A stretch of 64,000 nucleotides of DNA from Syntrophales bacterium (GTDB taxonomy: Bacteria > Desulfobacterota > Syntrophia > Syntrophales > PHBD01). The notes below the pieces were generated by a model, which saw nothing but the letters and a program-made list of their open reading frames with translations, made no database searches and had not been told where the DNA came from. Location: positions 3,456,001 to 3,520,000 of the forward strand of contig OY764159.1 of the NCBI GenBank assembly GCA_963668175.1. The letters are read 5' to 3'. Shown piece after piece: positions 38,312 through 48,763 of this stretch (position 1 is its first letter; the number at the start of each line of letters is the position of its first letter). The position numbers were made by a program, and so were the translations under genes.

Positions 38312-39100
38312 GTGTTTTTAGGCATCGATATCGGGTCATCAACGTCGAAAGCGGTCGTAATGAATGCCCGGCGGGAAATCGCGGGCAGGGCCGTCATCAA
38401 TACGGGGACGGGAACGCAGGGTCCGGAAAAAGCCGTGGCGGCTGCACTCAAAGAATCGGGGCTCGTCCGCGAGGATATCAAGGCCTCCGTGGTTACGGGC
38501 TACGGAAGAATCACCTATCAGGATGCGGATAAGCAGATTACGGAGATCAGCTGCCATGCCAGGGGCATCGCCTTTCTGATGCCGGCGGCCAGGACCGTTA
38601 TCGATATCGGCGGTCAGGACGCCAAGGTGATCAAGCTGGACGAAGGCGGCAACGTGACGAATTTTGTCATGAATGAAAAATGCGCGGCGGGAACGGGGCG
38701 ATTCCTGGAGGTGATGGCGCGGATACTGGATTGCGGGATAGAGGATCTGGCTGCTCTCGCGGAGCGGGCCACAGCGGAGATCGTTATCAGCAACACCTGT
38801 ACCGTCTTCGCCGAATCGGAAGTCATATCCCAGCTGGCCGCCGGCGCCAAAAGGGAAGATGTGGCCAAGGGCGCCCACAGAGCGGTAGCCAAGAGGGTGG
38901 CCGGTTTGGGAAGCCGTATGGGCATGCGACCGGACGTCGTCATGACCGGAGGCGTGGCCCTGAACCGGGGAGTCGTCGCTGCTCTCGAACGGGAAATCGG
39001 CGAAAGGATCATCGTCGCCGAAAATCCGCAGTTGATCGGGGCCATCGGGGCCGCCCTATATGCAACGGTATATTCAAAGGAAATGGAAGAAAAAGCATGA
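38312..39100 (+). CDS. ATP-dependent dehydratase activator (HgdC/HadI/FldI family)
   Basis: GIDIGSSTSK, IDIGGQDAK, KCAAGTGRFLE, CTVFAESEVIS. Confidence 0.92.
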   Translation: MFLGIDIGSSTSKAVVMNARREIAGRAVINTGTGTQGPEKAVAAALKESGLVREDIKASVVTGYGRITYQDADKQITEISCHARGIAFLMPAARTVIDIGGQDAKVIKLDEGGNVTNFVMNEKCAAGTGRFLEVMARILDCGIEDLAALAERATAEIVISNTCTVFAESEVISQLAAGAKREDVAKGAHRAVAKRVAGLGSRMGMRPDVVMTGGVALNRGVVAALEREIGERIIVAENPQLIGAIGAALYATVYSKEMEEKA

Positions 39101-40137
39101 AAACGAGGATTACAGAGCTTTTCGGCGTAAAATATCCCATCCTTCTGTCGGGTATGAGTTGGATCAGCACACCCGCCATGGTCGCCGCCGTGTCGAACGC
39201 CGGCGGTCTCGGCATCCTCGCCACGGGGTATTTCAGCCCGGAAGAGACGAGGAAGGCCGTCCGGGAAACCAGAAGCCTGACGGACAAGCCTTTCGGGGCC
39301 AATGCCTCCCTGATTCTTCCCCATGCCCTGGAAAGTGCAAGGGTCCTTCTCGAGGAAAAAGTTCCCGTGATCAATTTTTCCCTCGGCAAGGGCGACTGGA
39401 TCGTCAGAGGCGCCCATGAATACGGCGGCAAGGTCGTCGCCACGGTGGTCAATCATACCCATGCCAAAAGAGCCCAGGATTACGGCTGCGACGGCGTCAT
39501 CGTAACGGGGCACGAGGCGGCGGCCCACGGCGGGGATGTGGCGACGTTCGTGCTCGTTCCCGGCATCACCGGCAAGATTTCCATCCCCGTCATCGTTGCG
39601 GGCGGCATTGCCGACGGCAGAGGCCTCGCGGCCGCCCTGGCCCTGGGCGCGGAAGGCGTCGCCATGGGCACCCGTTTCATGACGACTAGGGAAAGTCCCC
39701 TGCACGATCTATCCAAGAAACTGGCCCTCGAAAAGAGCATTTACGATACGGTCTATTCGGACCGCATCGACGGCATGGGAACGCGGGTCCTCGACACGCA
39801 GTCGGCCCGGCAGGCCATTGCCCGGGGGTTCAGCGTCTTTTCCGCATTCACCAGCGCTGTGAAAATAACGAGGGAGATGAAACTGTCGTTTTCAAAGGAG
39901 TTGTTCGGGGTTCTCTCCCAGGGCATCAAGAAATCCATTCAGCTCGCCCACCTGGCGGCAGGCGGCGAAGCCTACGAGCGTTCCATGTTCGGGGACTTCG
40001 ACAAGGGGATTCTTCTCGCGGGACAGGCCGTCGGCTTGATCGAAGACCTGCCGTCCGTCGACGACCTGATCAAAACGATGGTTGCGGAAGCGAAGGACAT
40101 TCAAACGAGGATGGGCAGACAACTGGCAGACGTGTAA
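39097..40137 (+). CDS. Nitronate monooxygenase / FabK-like flavoprotein
   Basis: AAVSNAGGLG, GHEAAAHGG, AGGIADGRG, MGTRF. Confidence 0.85.
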   Translation: MKTRITELFGVKYPILLSGMSWISTPAMVAAVSNAGGLGILATGYFSPEETRKAVRETRSLTDKPFGANASLILPHALESARVLLEEKVPVINFSLGKGDWIVRGAHEYGGKVVATVVNHTHAKRAQDYGCDGVIVTGHEAAAHGGDVATFVLVPGITGKISIPVIVAGGIADGRGLAAALALGAEGVAMGTRFMTTRESPLHDLSKKLALEKSIYDTVYSDRIDGMGTRVLDTQSARQAIARGFSVFSAFTSAVKITREMKLSFSKELFGVLSQGIKKSIQLAHLAAGGEAYERSMFGDFDKGILLAGQAVGLIEDLPSVDDLIKTMVAEAKDIQTRMGRQLADV

Positions 40138-40252
40138 TCACATCAGCGCGGGCGGATATCGACATAAAGGATGGGTCGCTCCAGTTACCAGGCCGGCAAT
40201 ATACATAGCGGCGGCTCATTCTATTTCATCAGCAAAGGAGTAGAACGAGACT

Positions 40253-41116
40253 ATGAAAATCAATACAATAGGAGTAATCGGGGCGGGGAACATGGGGCGT
40301 CAGATCGCCCTGCAGTGCGCCCTGTCGGGTTTCGAGGTTTACTGCACGGACACGATCGCCGTTGTTCTGCAAAGCGCCGAGGCCTTTTCGCGCAAGTGGC
40401 TCGCCGACCGCGTCGCCAAGGGCAAGATGGCCGAGGATGAGGCCAAAACGGTAAGCGCCCGCCTGCACTACACGGCCGAGCTGGCCGAGGCCGCCAAGGG
40501 CGCAGACCTCATCATCGAAGCCATCATCGAGATATTGGAAACGAAGCGGGCGCTCTTCAAAGAGCTGGACAAGCTCTGTCCGGCCCACACGATCCTTGCG
40601 ACCAACAGCTCGTACATCGTGAGTTCCAGGATCGCCGACGCCACGAAACGGCCCGACAAGGTCCTGAACATGCACTTCTTCAACCCGGCCCTCGTCATGA
40701 AGCTCGTCGAGGTCGTCCAGGGTCCCCACGTCTCCGACGAAACCGTCGAGACGGTCATCGAAGTCAGCAAGGCGTTGGGCAAGGTGCCCACCAGGGTGAA
40801 CAAGGAGATCTACGGCTTCATCTGCAACCGGATGTTCAGCGCCATCACGAAGGAGGCCTGCTACCTCCTGGATCTGGGCATCGCCTCCATCGAGGACATC
40901 GACAACGCCGCGAAGAACGGCCTGGGGCATCCGATGGGTCCCCTGCAGCTCCTCGACATGACGGGGATCGACCTCGAATACTACGTCTCCATGGAACGTT
41001 ACCAGGAGACGCGGAACCTCGCCGACAAGCCGAGTCCCGGCCTCGTGGAGCGTTACGCCCGGGGCGACTACGGCAGGAAGACGGGCAAGGGATTCTACGA
41101 TTACACGAAGAAGTGA
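40253..41116 (+). CDS. 3-hydroxyacyl-CoA dehydrogenase
   Basis: GAGNMG, ATNSS, MHFFNP, GHPMGPL, GRKTGKGFY. Confidence 0.92.
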   Translation: MKINTIGVIGAGNMGRQIALQCALSGFEVYCTDTIAVVLQSAEAFSRKWLADRVAKGKMAEDEAKTVSARLHYTAELAEAAKGADLIIEAIIEILETKRALFKELDKLCPAHTILATNSSYIVSSRIADATKRPDKVLNMHFFNPALVMKLVEVVQGPHVSDETVETVIEVSKALGKVPTRVNKEIYGFICNRMFSAITKEACYLLDLGIASIEDIDNAAKNGLGHPMGPLQLLDMTGIDLEYYVSMERYQETRNLADKPSPGLVERYARGDYGRKTGKGFYDYTKK

Positions 41117-41147
41117 GGCGGCGACGTTTTCCGGAAAGGATAGAGAC

Positions 41148-41912
41148 ATGAATTACGAAAACATTCAGTTCGCGGTGAGCGGGGCGACGGCCGTTTTAAT
41201 GCTGAACCGTCCGAAGGCGATGAACGCCCTGAACCGCGCGCTTGTGGACGAACTGGACCATGCCGTGGACCGGATCGCGAACGACCCGTCCATCGCGGCG
41301 GTTGTCCTCTCGGGCGAGAAGAACTTCGCGGCGGGGGCGGACATCACGTCGATGGTGGAGATGGACCCGGAAGCGGCGAAGGCGTTTGCCTTCACGCCGA
41401 CGTATCAGAAGATCGAAGAGCTGGCAAAGCCGACGATTGCCGCGATATCGGGCTTTGCCCTGGGAGGCGGCCTGGAGCTGGCCCTGGCGTGCGACATCCG
41501 GATCGCCGGTCCCGATGCGAAGCTTGCCTTCCCCGAGATCAATATAGGGATATTCCCCGGCGCCGGGGGGACGCAGCGTCTGCCCCGGCTGGTGGGACCC
41601 GCCCGGGCAAAGGAGCTGATCTTCCTGGGGACGACGCTCGACGCCCAGAAGGCGCTCGAATACGGTCTCGTGAACAGCATCGCGGACGATCCGCTGGACG
41701 CGGCCATGAAGATGGCGTTGAAGCTGGCGGGGAAGCCCGCCGTGGCCCTGGCGCGCGCGAAGGAATGCATCAACATCGCCTCGGAGTCGGGCCTTAAGGC
41801 GGGACTGAAAGCCGAGGCGGAGAAATGGGGCAGCCTCTTTACGACGGCGGACCAGAAGGAAGGCATGCGGGCCTTCCTGGAGAAGAGGAAACCGGTCTAC
41901 AAGGGTCAATGA
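41148..41912 (+). CDS. Enoyl-CoA hydratase (crotonase)
   Basis: FAAGADI, GGGLELALACD, PGAGGTQRLPRLVG. Confidence 0.92.
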   Translation: MNYENIQFAVSGATAVLMLNRPKAMNALNRALVDELDHAVDRIANDPSIAAVVLSGEKNFAAGADITSMVEMDPEAAKAFAFTPTYQKIEELAKPTIAAISGFALGGGLELALACDIRIAGPDAKLAFPEINIGIFPGAGGTQRLPRLVGPARAKELIFLGTTLDAQKALEYGLVNSIADDPLDAAMKMALKLAGKPAVALARAKECINIASESGLKAGLKAEAEKWGSLFTTADQKEGMRAFLEKRKPVYKGQ

Positions 41913-41928
41913 TTGGAAAGGAGCATCT

Positions 41929-43110
41929 ATGAGAGAAGTGGTCATTATCGGCGGTGCGAGAACCGCCATTGGAAACTATATGGGATCGCTGGCGGGGTTC
42001 AACTCCGTCGCGCTGGGCATCTTTGCGCTGAAAGGCGCCCTTGAGAAGACGGGGGTGGCCATGGGCGACCTGGAGTGCCTCGTTGCTGGTCACGTGAACC
42101 AGGCGGGTGCGCCGGGGAACTCGGCCAGACACATCGCCATGCGGGCGGGCCTGCCGATTACGTCATACGCCTACACGGTGCACCAGCAGTGCGCATCGTC
42201 CATGCGTGCGGCGGAGTGCCTGTCCCAGGACATCATGCTGGGGAAGTACGACGTGGGCGTCGTGGTGGGCATCGAGTCCATGAGCACGGCGCCGTATCTC
42301 CTGATGGGCGCCCGGAAGGGATACCGCCTCGGGGATGCGGAAAAGGTGCAGGACAGCCTCATGATCGGGGGCCTGGTCGACGATCTTCTGGGTTATCACA
42401 TGGGGATCACGGCGGAGAACATCGCGGCCGATTACGGGATCACGCGTGAAGAGCAGGACGAGTTTGCCCTCATGAGCAACATGCGGGCGTGCAAGGCCAT
42501 CCAGAAGGGCTGGTTCAAGGACGAGATCGTCCCGGTGGAGATCAAGACGAGGAAAGGGACGACGGTATTCGATACGGACGAGCATCCGCAGGCGAACACG
42601 TCGATGGAGGCGTTGGCGAAGCTGAAGCCCGCCTTCAAGAAGGACGGGACGGTGACGGCGGGGAACGCCTCCGGACTGAACGACGCGGGATCGGCCCTGA
42701 TCGTGATGTCGGCGGAAGCGGCGAAGGCGAAGGGCTTCAAGCCTGTCGCCAGGGTCGTCGCCTCCTCCCCCGGTTCGGTGGAGCCCCGGATCATGGGCAT
42801 GGGTGTGGTTCCCGCGGTGCGTAACGCCCTGAAGTTCGCGGGGCTTTCGCAGGACCAGATCGATTACTGGGAGCTGAACGAGGCGTTTGCGGCGCAGGTT
42901 TTGGGAGTGAACCGCGAGCTGAAGATCGGCCTGGACCGTGTGAATGCCGTGGGGTCCGGTATCGGCCTGGGGCATCCGGTGGGTGCGACGGGCGCGCGTC
43001 TCATCATCACCATGATCAACGAGATGAAGCGCCGGGGCGTGAGATACGGCTGCGCCTCCCTGTGCGCAAGCGGCGGACCCGCCCATGCGTTTATCGTCGA
43101 ATCCATCTAA
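41929..43110 (+). CDS. Thiolase (acetyl-CoA acyltransferase)
   Basis: QCASS, NEAFAAQ, GHPVGATG, SLCASGG. Confidence 0.92.
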   Translation: MREVVIIGGARTAIGNYMGSLAGFNSVALGIFALKGALEKTGVAMGDLECLVAGHVNQAGAPGNSARHIAMRAGLPITSYAYTVHQQCASSMRAAECLSQDIMLGKYDVGVVVGIESMSTAPYLLMGARKGYRLGDAEKVQDSLMIGGLVDDLLGYHMGITAENIAADYGITREEQDEFALMSNMRACKAIQKGWFKDEIVPVEIKTRKGTTVFDTDEHPQANTSMEALAKLKPAFKKDGTVTAGNASGLNDAGSALIVMSAEAAKAKGFKPVARVVASSPGSVEPRIMGMGVVPAVRNALKFAGLSQDQIDYWELNEAFAAQVLGVNRELKIGLDRVNAVGSGIGLGHPVGATGARLIITMINEMKRRGVRYGCASLCASGGPAHAFIVESI

Positions 43111-43130
43111 CCGAAACCAGGAGGCACGAT

Positions 43131-44582
43131 ATGGCACTCAAGACGCCTGAAGAGTACGAAGCAAGTCTGCGTAAAATGAACATGAAGATATACCTGATGG
43201 GCGAACGGGTGAAGGACCCGGTGGATCATCCCATCATCCGGCCTTCGATGAACTCCGTGAAGAAGACCTACGAGCTGGCCCTGGACCCGTCCTGCGAGGA
43301 CCTGATGACGGCGACGTCGTCGCTGACGGGGAAGAAGATCAACCGGTTCTGCCATCTGCACCAGAACACGGACGACCTGATCAGGAAGGTGAAGATGCAG
43401 CGTCTGCTGGGCCAGCAGACGGCGGCGTGCTTCCAGCGGTGCGTCGGCATGGACGCGATCAACGCCGTGGACTCGACAACCTTCGAAATGGACCAGAAGC
43501 TGGGTACGGAATACCACAAGCGCTTCCGGAACTTTCTCCTCAGGATGCAGGAGGAGGACTGGACGGTGGACGGCGCCATGACGGACGTGAAGGGCGACCG
43601 CGGTCTGGCTCCGCACCAGCAGGCGGACCCGGACCTCTTTGTCCGCGTCGTCGAGAAGAACGACAGGGGGATCGTGGTGCGCGGGGCGAAGGCGCACCAG
43701 ACGGGTGCGGTGAACTCGCACTGGGTTCTCGTGATGCCGACGATCGCCATGGGGAAGGACGATGCGGACTATGCGGTGGCGTTTGTCGCCCCGGCGGACG
43801 CGGAGGGCATCTTCTACATCTACGGGCGGCAGTCCTGCGATACGCGGAAGCTGGAAGGCGGGACGATCGACGTGGGCAACGCGACCTACGGGGGTCACGA
43901 GGCGCTGATCGTCTTCGAGGACGTGTTCGTTCCTTGGGAGAACGTGCTCATGTGCGGGGAGTGGCAGTACAGCGGGCTGCTGGTGGAGCGATTCGCCGGT
44001 TATCACCGTCAGAGCTACGGGGGCTGCAAGGTCGGCGTGGGCGATGTTTTGATCGGGGCGGCGGCTGTTGCTGCGGACTACAACGGAGCGGCGAAGGCGT
44101 CGCATGTGAAGGACAAGCTGATCGAGATGATGCACCTGAACGAGACGCTGTATTCTTGCGGGATCGCCTGTTCGTCGCAGGGGAGCAGGACGGCGTCGGG
44201 GACGTACCTGATCGACCTGTTGCTGGCGAACGTGTGCAAACAGAACGTGACGCGCTACCCGTACGAGATTGCGCGCCTGGCGCAGGACATTGCGGGTGGC
44301 CTCATGGTGACGATGGCATCCGAGCGCGACCTGAAGCACCCGGAGATCGGGAAGGTGCTGGAGAAGTACATGAAGGGCAACGCAAGCGTGCCGGTGGAGA
44401 ACCGCTGCCGGATGATGCGCCTGGTGGAGAACCTGACGCTGGGCACGGCGGCGGTGGGCTATCTGACGGAATCGATGCACGGGGCGGGTTCGCCTCAGGC
44501 GCAGCGGATCATGATCGCCCGCCAGGGCAACCTGGAACACAAGAAGAAGCTCGCCGAGAAGATCGCCGGGGTCAAGGAATAG
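43131..44582 (+). CDS. abfD: 4-hydroxybutyryl-CoA dehydratase (copy 2)
   Basis: Same motifs as copy 1 and clearly paralogous; AGGAGG RBS before MALKTP. Confidence 0.88.
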   Translation: MALKTPEEYEASLRKMNMKIYLMGERVKDPVDHPIIRPSMNSVKKTYELALDPSCEDLMTATSSLTGKKINRFCHLHQNTDDLIRKVKMQRLLGQQTAACFQRCVGMDAINAVDSTTFEMDQKLGTEYHKRFRNFLLRMQEEDWTVDGAMTDVKGDRGLAPHQQADPDLFVRVVEKNDRGIVVRGAKAHQTGAVNSHWVLVMPTIAMGKDDADYAVAFVAPADAEGIFYIYGRQSCDTRKLEGGTIDVGNATYGGHEALIVFEDVFVPWENVLMCGEWQYSGLLVERFAGYHRQSYGGCKVGVGDVLIGAAAVAADYNGAAKASHVKDKLIEMMHLNETLYSCGIACSSQGSRTASGTYLIDLLLANVCKQNVTRYPYEIARLAQDIAGGLMVTMASERDLKHPEIGKVLEKYMKGNASVPVENRCRMMRLVENLTLGTAAVGYLTESMHGAGSPQAQRIMIARQGNLEHKKKLAEKIAGVKE

Positions 44583-44706
44583 ATCAGACAGCGGGTTCCG
44601 ACGCCTCAATGGCCCTGCCTGCCTCCTTGCCGCGGCTGCTGAGCGTCTTGGAACGTTGGATTTTTTTTCTTGCCTGTCGAAGCACGACAGGTTCCTCCTA
44701 TCTACA

Positions 44707-44733
44707 AAGGGGCCGGCCCCAAGCCGGCCCCTT
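44707..44733 (+). terminator. GC-rich terminator hairpin after the acyl-CoA operon
   Basis: AAGGGGCCGGC-CCCAA-GCCGGCCCCTT. Confidence 0.6.
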
Positions 44734-45046
44734 CTCTTCTCTCAGCAGCACACGAACTCCGATGATTTCCCCAAGGTAATCGGCATAGGTTCTGGAGATA
44801 ACGTTATTCATTATACGATGAACCATTGATCGCCGTTTACATGTCTACGGCTAAGCTCATTTGCTTGTCGCTTGGCGGCGAGAAGAACTCGACCACCGGA
44901 AACAGCGTGGTCGAACAACCCTCCGTCACGCTGTTTACGGATAATATCCATCGTATCTTTTTGGACGTATTTTTACGGTATCTCAATATCCAACCACTAA
45001 TATTCGGTTTTTAATCAATGCTGTCAAATCCGTTCGATAGACGACG

Positions 45047-45835
45047 CTATTTCGCCAGGAGGCCTCCGTCCACGCCGAGGATCTGACCTGTGACATAGGC
45101 TGAAGCGTCGGAGGAGAGGAAGACGGCGACACCTTTCATGTCGTCCACTCCGGCCGATCTCTTAAGCGGTATCGCCCTGACCATCATTTTATGGACGTTC
45201 TCCATGCCCGGTTTCTCGACAAAGGCCATCATGTCGGTCCTGAAGAACCCGGGTGCAACGGCATTGACCCGTATTTTGTGAGGCGCCAGCTTGACCGCCA
45301 GATTCATCGTCAGAAGGTTGATGGCAGCCTTGGCTGAATTATAGGGCACGGAGGGATGCCATTCTTCCTCCGATCCCCGGAACCCCATAATTGAAGAAAC
45401 ATTGATTATGACACCCCCGCCCTGTTCTTTCATTGTCCTGGCGACCCGCTGGCTCAGCATCCAGACCCCGCGGACGTTGGTATTGAAAATTTTGTCCCAC
45501 TGTTCCAGGGGAAACTCCAAAGTCGGCGCCCCCCATGTCACACCGGCGTTATTGACCAGGATGTCGATGCGCCCCATCTTCGCGAGGGTATCGTCGACCA
45601 GGGCGGCAATCTTTTCTTCCTTCGACACGTCGCAGGCAATGGGAATCGCCCGGATGCCATAGGTCGCCGATAGCTCGGCCGCCGCTTCTTCCAGGTTATT
45701 CAGATTCCTCGATGCGAGGACCACGTCGGCCCCCGCCTCGGCCAATCCCGTGGCCATGTGTTTCCCTATGCCGCGGCCTCCCCCGGTCACCAGGGCCACC
45801 TTGCCTTTCAGATTGAACATCTCTTGCAGTTGCAT
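45047..45835 (-). CDS. Short-chain dehydrogenase/reductase
   Basis: TGGGRGIG, NNAG, YNSAK. Confidence 0.9.
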   Translation of the reverse strand: MQLQEMFNLKGKVALVTGGGRGIGKHMATGLAEAGADVVLASRNLNNLEEAAAELSATYGIRAIPIACDVSKEEKIAALVDDTLAKMGRIDILVNNAGVTWGAPTLEFPLEQWDKIFNTNVRGVWMLSQRVARTMKEQGGGVIINVSSIMGFRGSEEEWHPSVPYNSAKAAINLLTMNLAVKLAPHKIRVNAVAPGFFRTDMMAFVEKPGMENVHKMMVRAIPLKRSAGVDDMKGVAVFLSSDASAYVTGQILGVDGGLLAK

Positions 45836-45939
45836 TGCTATTCTCCTTTTTATATGATTCTCATCATGTCGTTTTATGCGGAAGCGTCATCTCAATGATG
45901 TCCTATATGCTCTTTAAGCAAAAGTCCTTCGACGGTTTT

Positions 45940-46236
45940 CTAATGGGCCGAAAATAGCTCTTCCATGATGGCGATTTCCGGTTTTCCCGCCAGGAATTCC
46001 GCGCCTTTTGCGTTAAACGCTTTGAAATGCGGAGTCCTTGAATGCGCATCCAACGCCATCCTGTCATGGTATCGTTCCATGAAAATAAACGCACCCGGCT
46101 CCTTGCGATTCTGGCTCACTGTGAAAAGCATCGTTCCCTCTTCCCGGGCCACGGCGGAAACAAACTCCCTTATTGCCGCGAAGGCCTCCACACGTTTCTC
46201 TTCTTTCACAATCAATTTGGCAATAACGGTCACCAT
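45940..46236 (-). CDS. ABM-family (putative quinol monooxygenase) protein
   Basis: EEG...FIFMERY...ALDAHSRTPHF. Confidence 0.8.
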   Translation of the reverse strand: MVTVIAKLIVKEEKRVEAFAAIREFVSAVAREEGTMLFTVSQNRKEPGAFIFMERYHDRMALDAHSRTPHFKAFNAKGAEFLAGKPEIAIMEELFSAH

Positions 46237-46428
46237 ATTTCTGTTCCTTCTCTCGGTTTCCCTTTCATAAGATCATTCCGGCTGATACTGCACATCCCTA
46301 TCCGCCGGCGTGAATGGGGCGACGGTCGTACCATGGTTGCAGCGAAGGAGTAGCGGACATGAGACATGTTTTGGAGGTCGCATCAATGGAGCACATGCCT
46401 CTCTGTCACACGGATACGCCGCCGCCCA

Positions 46429-48738
46429 TCACTTAGGAGGTAATACAGACTTGTCGTACACGGTAAAGTCGAACATGTTAAAAACGCCGATATATTTGGC
46501 ATAGGTCGCCCGCGCCGCGGTTATGTCCCTGGACACGCCTTCCGGCGTCTCTTCCGTCTTGGATACTTCGATCCGTGCTTCATTCAGATCGGCGTCGAAA
46601 TGGATCGCTTTCGGACCGTCCTTCTCGTTCGACCAATGGGGCCAGCGCACAACTCCTGACCCGCCGCGGGTATTCGGATTCCCGCTTTGGATAAAGGAGC
46701 AGAGGTACGTCATCATGGCTTTGCTCAGAGCTTCACGGCCCTTCTTGTTCGCTTCCGTGAAGGAGTAGCCGAAAATGTCGTTATCGTAAGCGAAGAAAAA
46801 CGGAAGGTCGAAGGCATGCGCCGCCCCGAAGATGAACTTGAAATGCTCAAGTTCCGGATCGCCTCCTCCCGCCCACTGGAAAAGATAGGCATAGACAGCA
46901 TTCTTCGGATCTTGTGCCTTTAGAGCCCTCGCAACAGCGTCGGTTCCATGGAGTTTCCATAGCCTGGACTTCAGATTTCCGATCGTGTAGTATAGGTTCT
47001 TGTCCGTCTCCGTCGGGAAGACCTGGTCCATTGTCAGTTTCCCGTCCAGAATCCTATAGACGTTCTCCCATCCGTATTTACCCGAAGGGGCGCGAAACGC
47101 CGCCCTTGCCGCGGGTCCCCAGAAGGGGAGGAAATTGAAGAACTCGGACTCCGTCGTGCCGATCATGAGCGGGACCTTGTTGTATTTTCCGGCTGCGATG
47201 GCTTCCGTCCAGGAGGCGTCGGGAAGCACCGTGCCGTCCCTGTGGGCCGGATACGAGGGCATGCTTCCCTGGCCGACACCGTCCCTCGCGGCCCGCAGAA
47301 TCGCTTCCGCCGGCTGGCCGAGGAGGTAGGCCCTGATATCGGCGTTGCTCATCGACACCCGATAGGCTTTCGCCGCCTCGGCGTCCGCCGCTTTTCCGTC
47401 TTTCACCAAAAGCCAGTCGATGATTTTATCGGCCGCCGCGTCTGTTTCTTTAAAGCTGCGCAACGGCATCATGGATTCTACCGCCGGACTGACGGCGACG
47501 ACTCCGGAGAACAACCCTTTCGCCTGAGGCGAAATCATGAGGTTCATGACGTTGTGCCCGCCGGCGGACTGTCCGCCTATGGTCACTTTGCGGGAATCGC
47601 CGCCGAAAGCGGCGATGTTCTTCCTGACCCACTTCAGGGCCTGGATGTGGTCCAGCGTACCGTAATTCCCGGACGCATTCGCGGCGTCTTGTCCTTCCCT
47701 GAAGGCGGGATGACTGAACCATCCCAGGGCCGCCAGCCGATATTGCACGACGACAACGACCATGTTGCCTTCCCTGGCCAGCGCGCCGCCGTAAGTCTCT
47801 GCCGCGTTCCCGCTTTTGTTCGAGCCGCCGTGTATCCAGAAAAATACCGGCAGGTTTTTCGCATCCGTCCTGGGACGATAGATCTCCAGGTTCAGGCAAT
47901 CGTCGCCGCCCTTGAATTTGTCTTCCGGCCACCAGAATCTGCCGGATACCTGCTGGGTGCACTCGCTGCAATGGGCGGTCGCCTCACGGACGCCGCTCCA
48001 TTTATCGTAGTTCCGGGGAGCCTGCCAGCGACGCGTCTTGGCATAAGGAATGCCGAACCACGCCCATATATCGTCGGACGCTGCAAAGCCCGAAACAGCG
48101 CCGGATGTTGTGGTTACGATCTTTCTCGGCCTCAGTGTCGCCAGCAGGTGGTTTTTCGCAGATTGGGGGGTTTGCAGAACCCTCGGAACCGCAGCTGCGG
48201 ATTTGAATACTTTCGCCGCATTGAGCTCGGCGACCAGGGCGGCGACATGATCGTCGGACACGAAGCGCGCTATACTTTGATCGAAACGGATCCTGTCGGC
48301 GTACTTCGAGACGATGTCCGTCGTGGCCTTATTGATCCGGATGCCGTTGTTCAGGTCTCCGTCTTCATCCAGCGACTGGAGAAGAACGCAGATATTCGCG
48401 ACCGTCGCGTTGTCCGCATTCCGGGCTCCAGGAACCAGTTGAATGGGCGTTAGGATATCGGCGCCTTTTGCGGAGCCGAGTTTGAGATCGCCGATATAAA
48501 ATGCGACATCCTCGCCGGAGCGATATTTGAATCCGCCGCGGGCGTCGGTCGTCCCCGAAAGGGACGGCGTTTTGTACGTCAGTCCGTCTACGGGGCTGTC
48601 CACGAAGATCCCTTTTCGCGGTCCCGGATCGCCTTTTTTTGTCGCGCTATGCACAGCCGCTGTCCATCCAATAATTAAGGAAACCGCCACCAAACAGCAT
48701 AACACGCTTCGATTCAAAGCCGCTTTCCATGTCCTCAT
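46429..48738 (-). CDS. Exported type-B carboxylesterase with extra N-terminal domain
   Basis: Signal peptide; GIPYA, DDCLNLEIY, WIHGG, GQSAGG, GAAHAFDLPF. Confidence 0.87.
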   Translation of the reverse strand: MRTWKAALNRSVLCCLVAVSLIIGWTAAVHSATKKGDPGPRKGIFVDSPVDGLTYKTPSLSGTTDARGGFKYRSGEDVAFYIGDLKLGSAKGADILTPIQLVPGARNADNATVANICVLLQSLDEDGDLNNGIRINKATTDIVSKYADRIRFDQSIARFVSDDHVAALVAELNAAKVFKSAAAVPRVLQTPQSAKNHLLATLRPRKIVTTTSGAVSGFAASDDIWAWFGIPYAKTRRWQAPRNYDKWSGVREATAHCSECTQQVSGRFWWPEDKFKGGDDCLNLEIYRPRTDAKNLPVFFWIHGGSNKSGNAAETYGGALAREGNMVVVVVQYRLAALGWFSHPAFREGQDAANASGNYGTLDHIQALKWVRKNIAAFGGDSRKVTIGGQSAGGHNVMNLMISPQAKGLFSGVVAVSPAVESMMPLRSFKETDAAADKIIDWLLVKDGKAADAEAAKAYRVSMSNADIRAYLLGQPAEAILRAARDGVGQGSMPSYPAHRDGTVLPDASWTEAIAAGKYNKVPLMIGTTESEFFNFLPFWGPAARAAFRAPSGKYGWENVYRILDGKLTMDQVFPTETDKNLYYTIGNLKSRLWKLHGTDAVARALKAQDPKNAVYAYLFQWAGGGDPELEHFKFIFGAAHAFDLPFFFAYDNDIFGYSFTEANKKGREALSKAMMTYLCSFIQSGNPNTRGGSGVVRWPHWSNEKDGPKAIHFDADLNEARIEVSKTEETPEGVSRDITAARATYAKYIGVFNMFDFTVYDKSVLPPK

Positions 48739-48763
48739 AGTTCCTCCCCGTTATCCTTAACCG

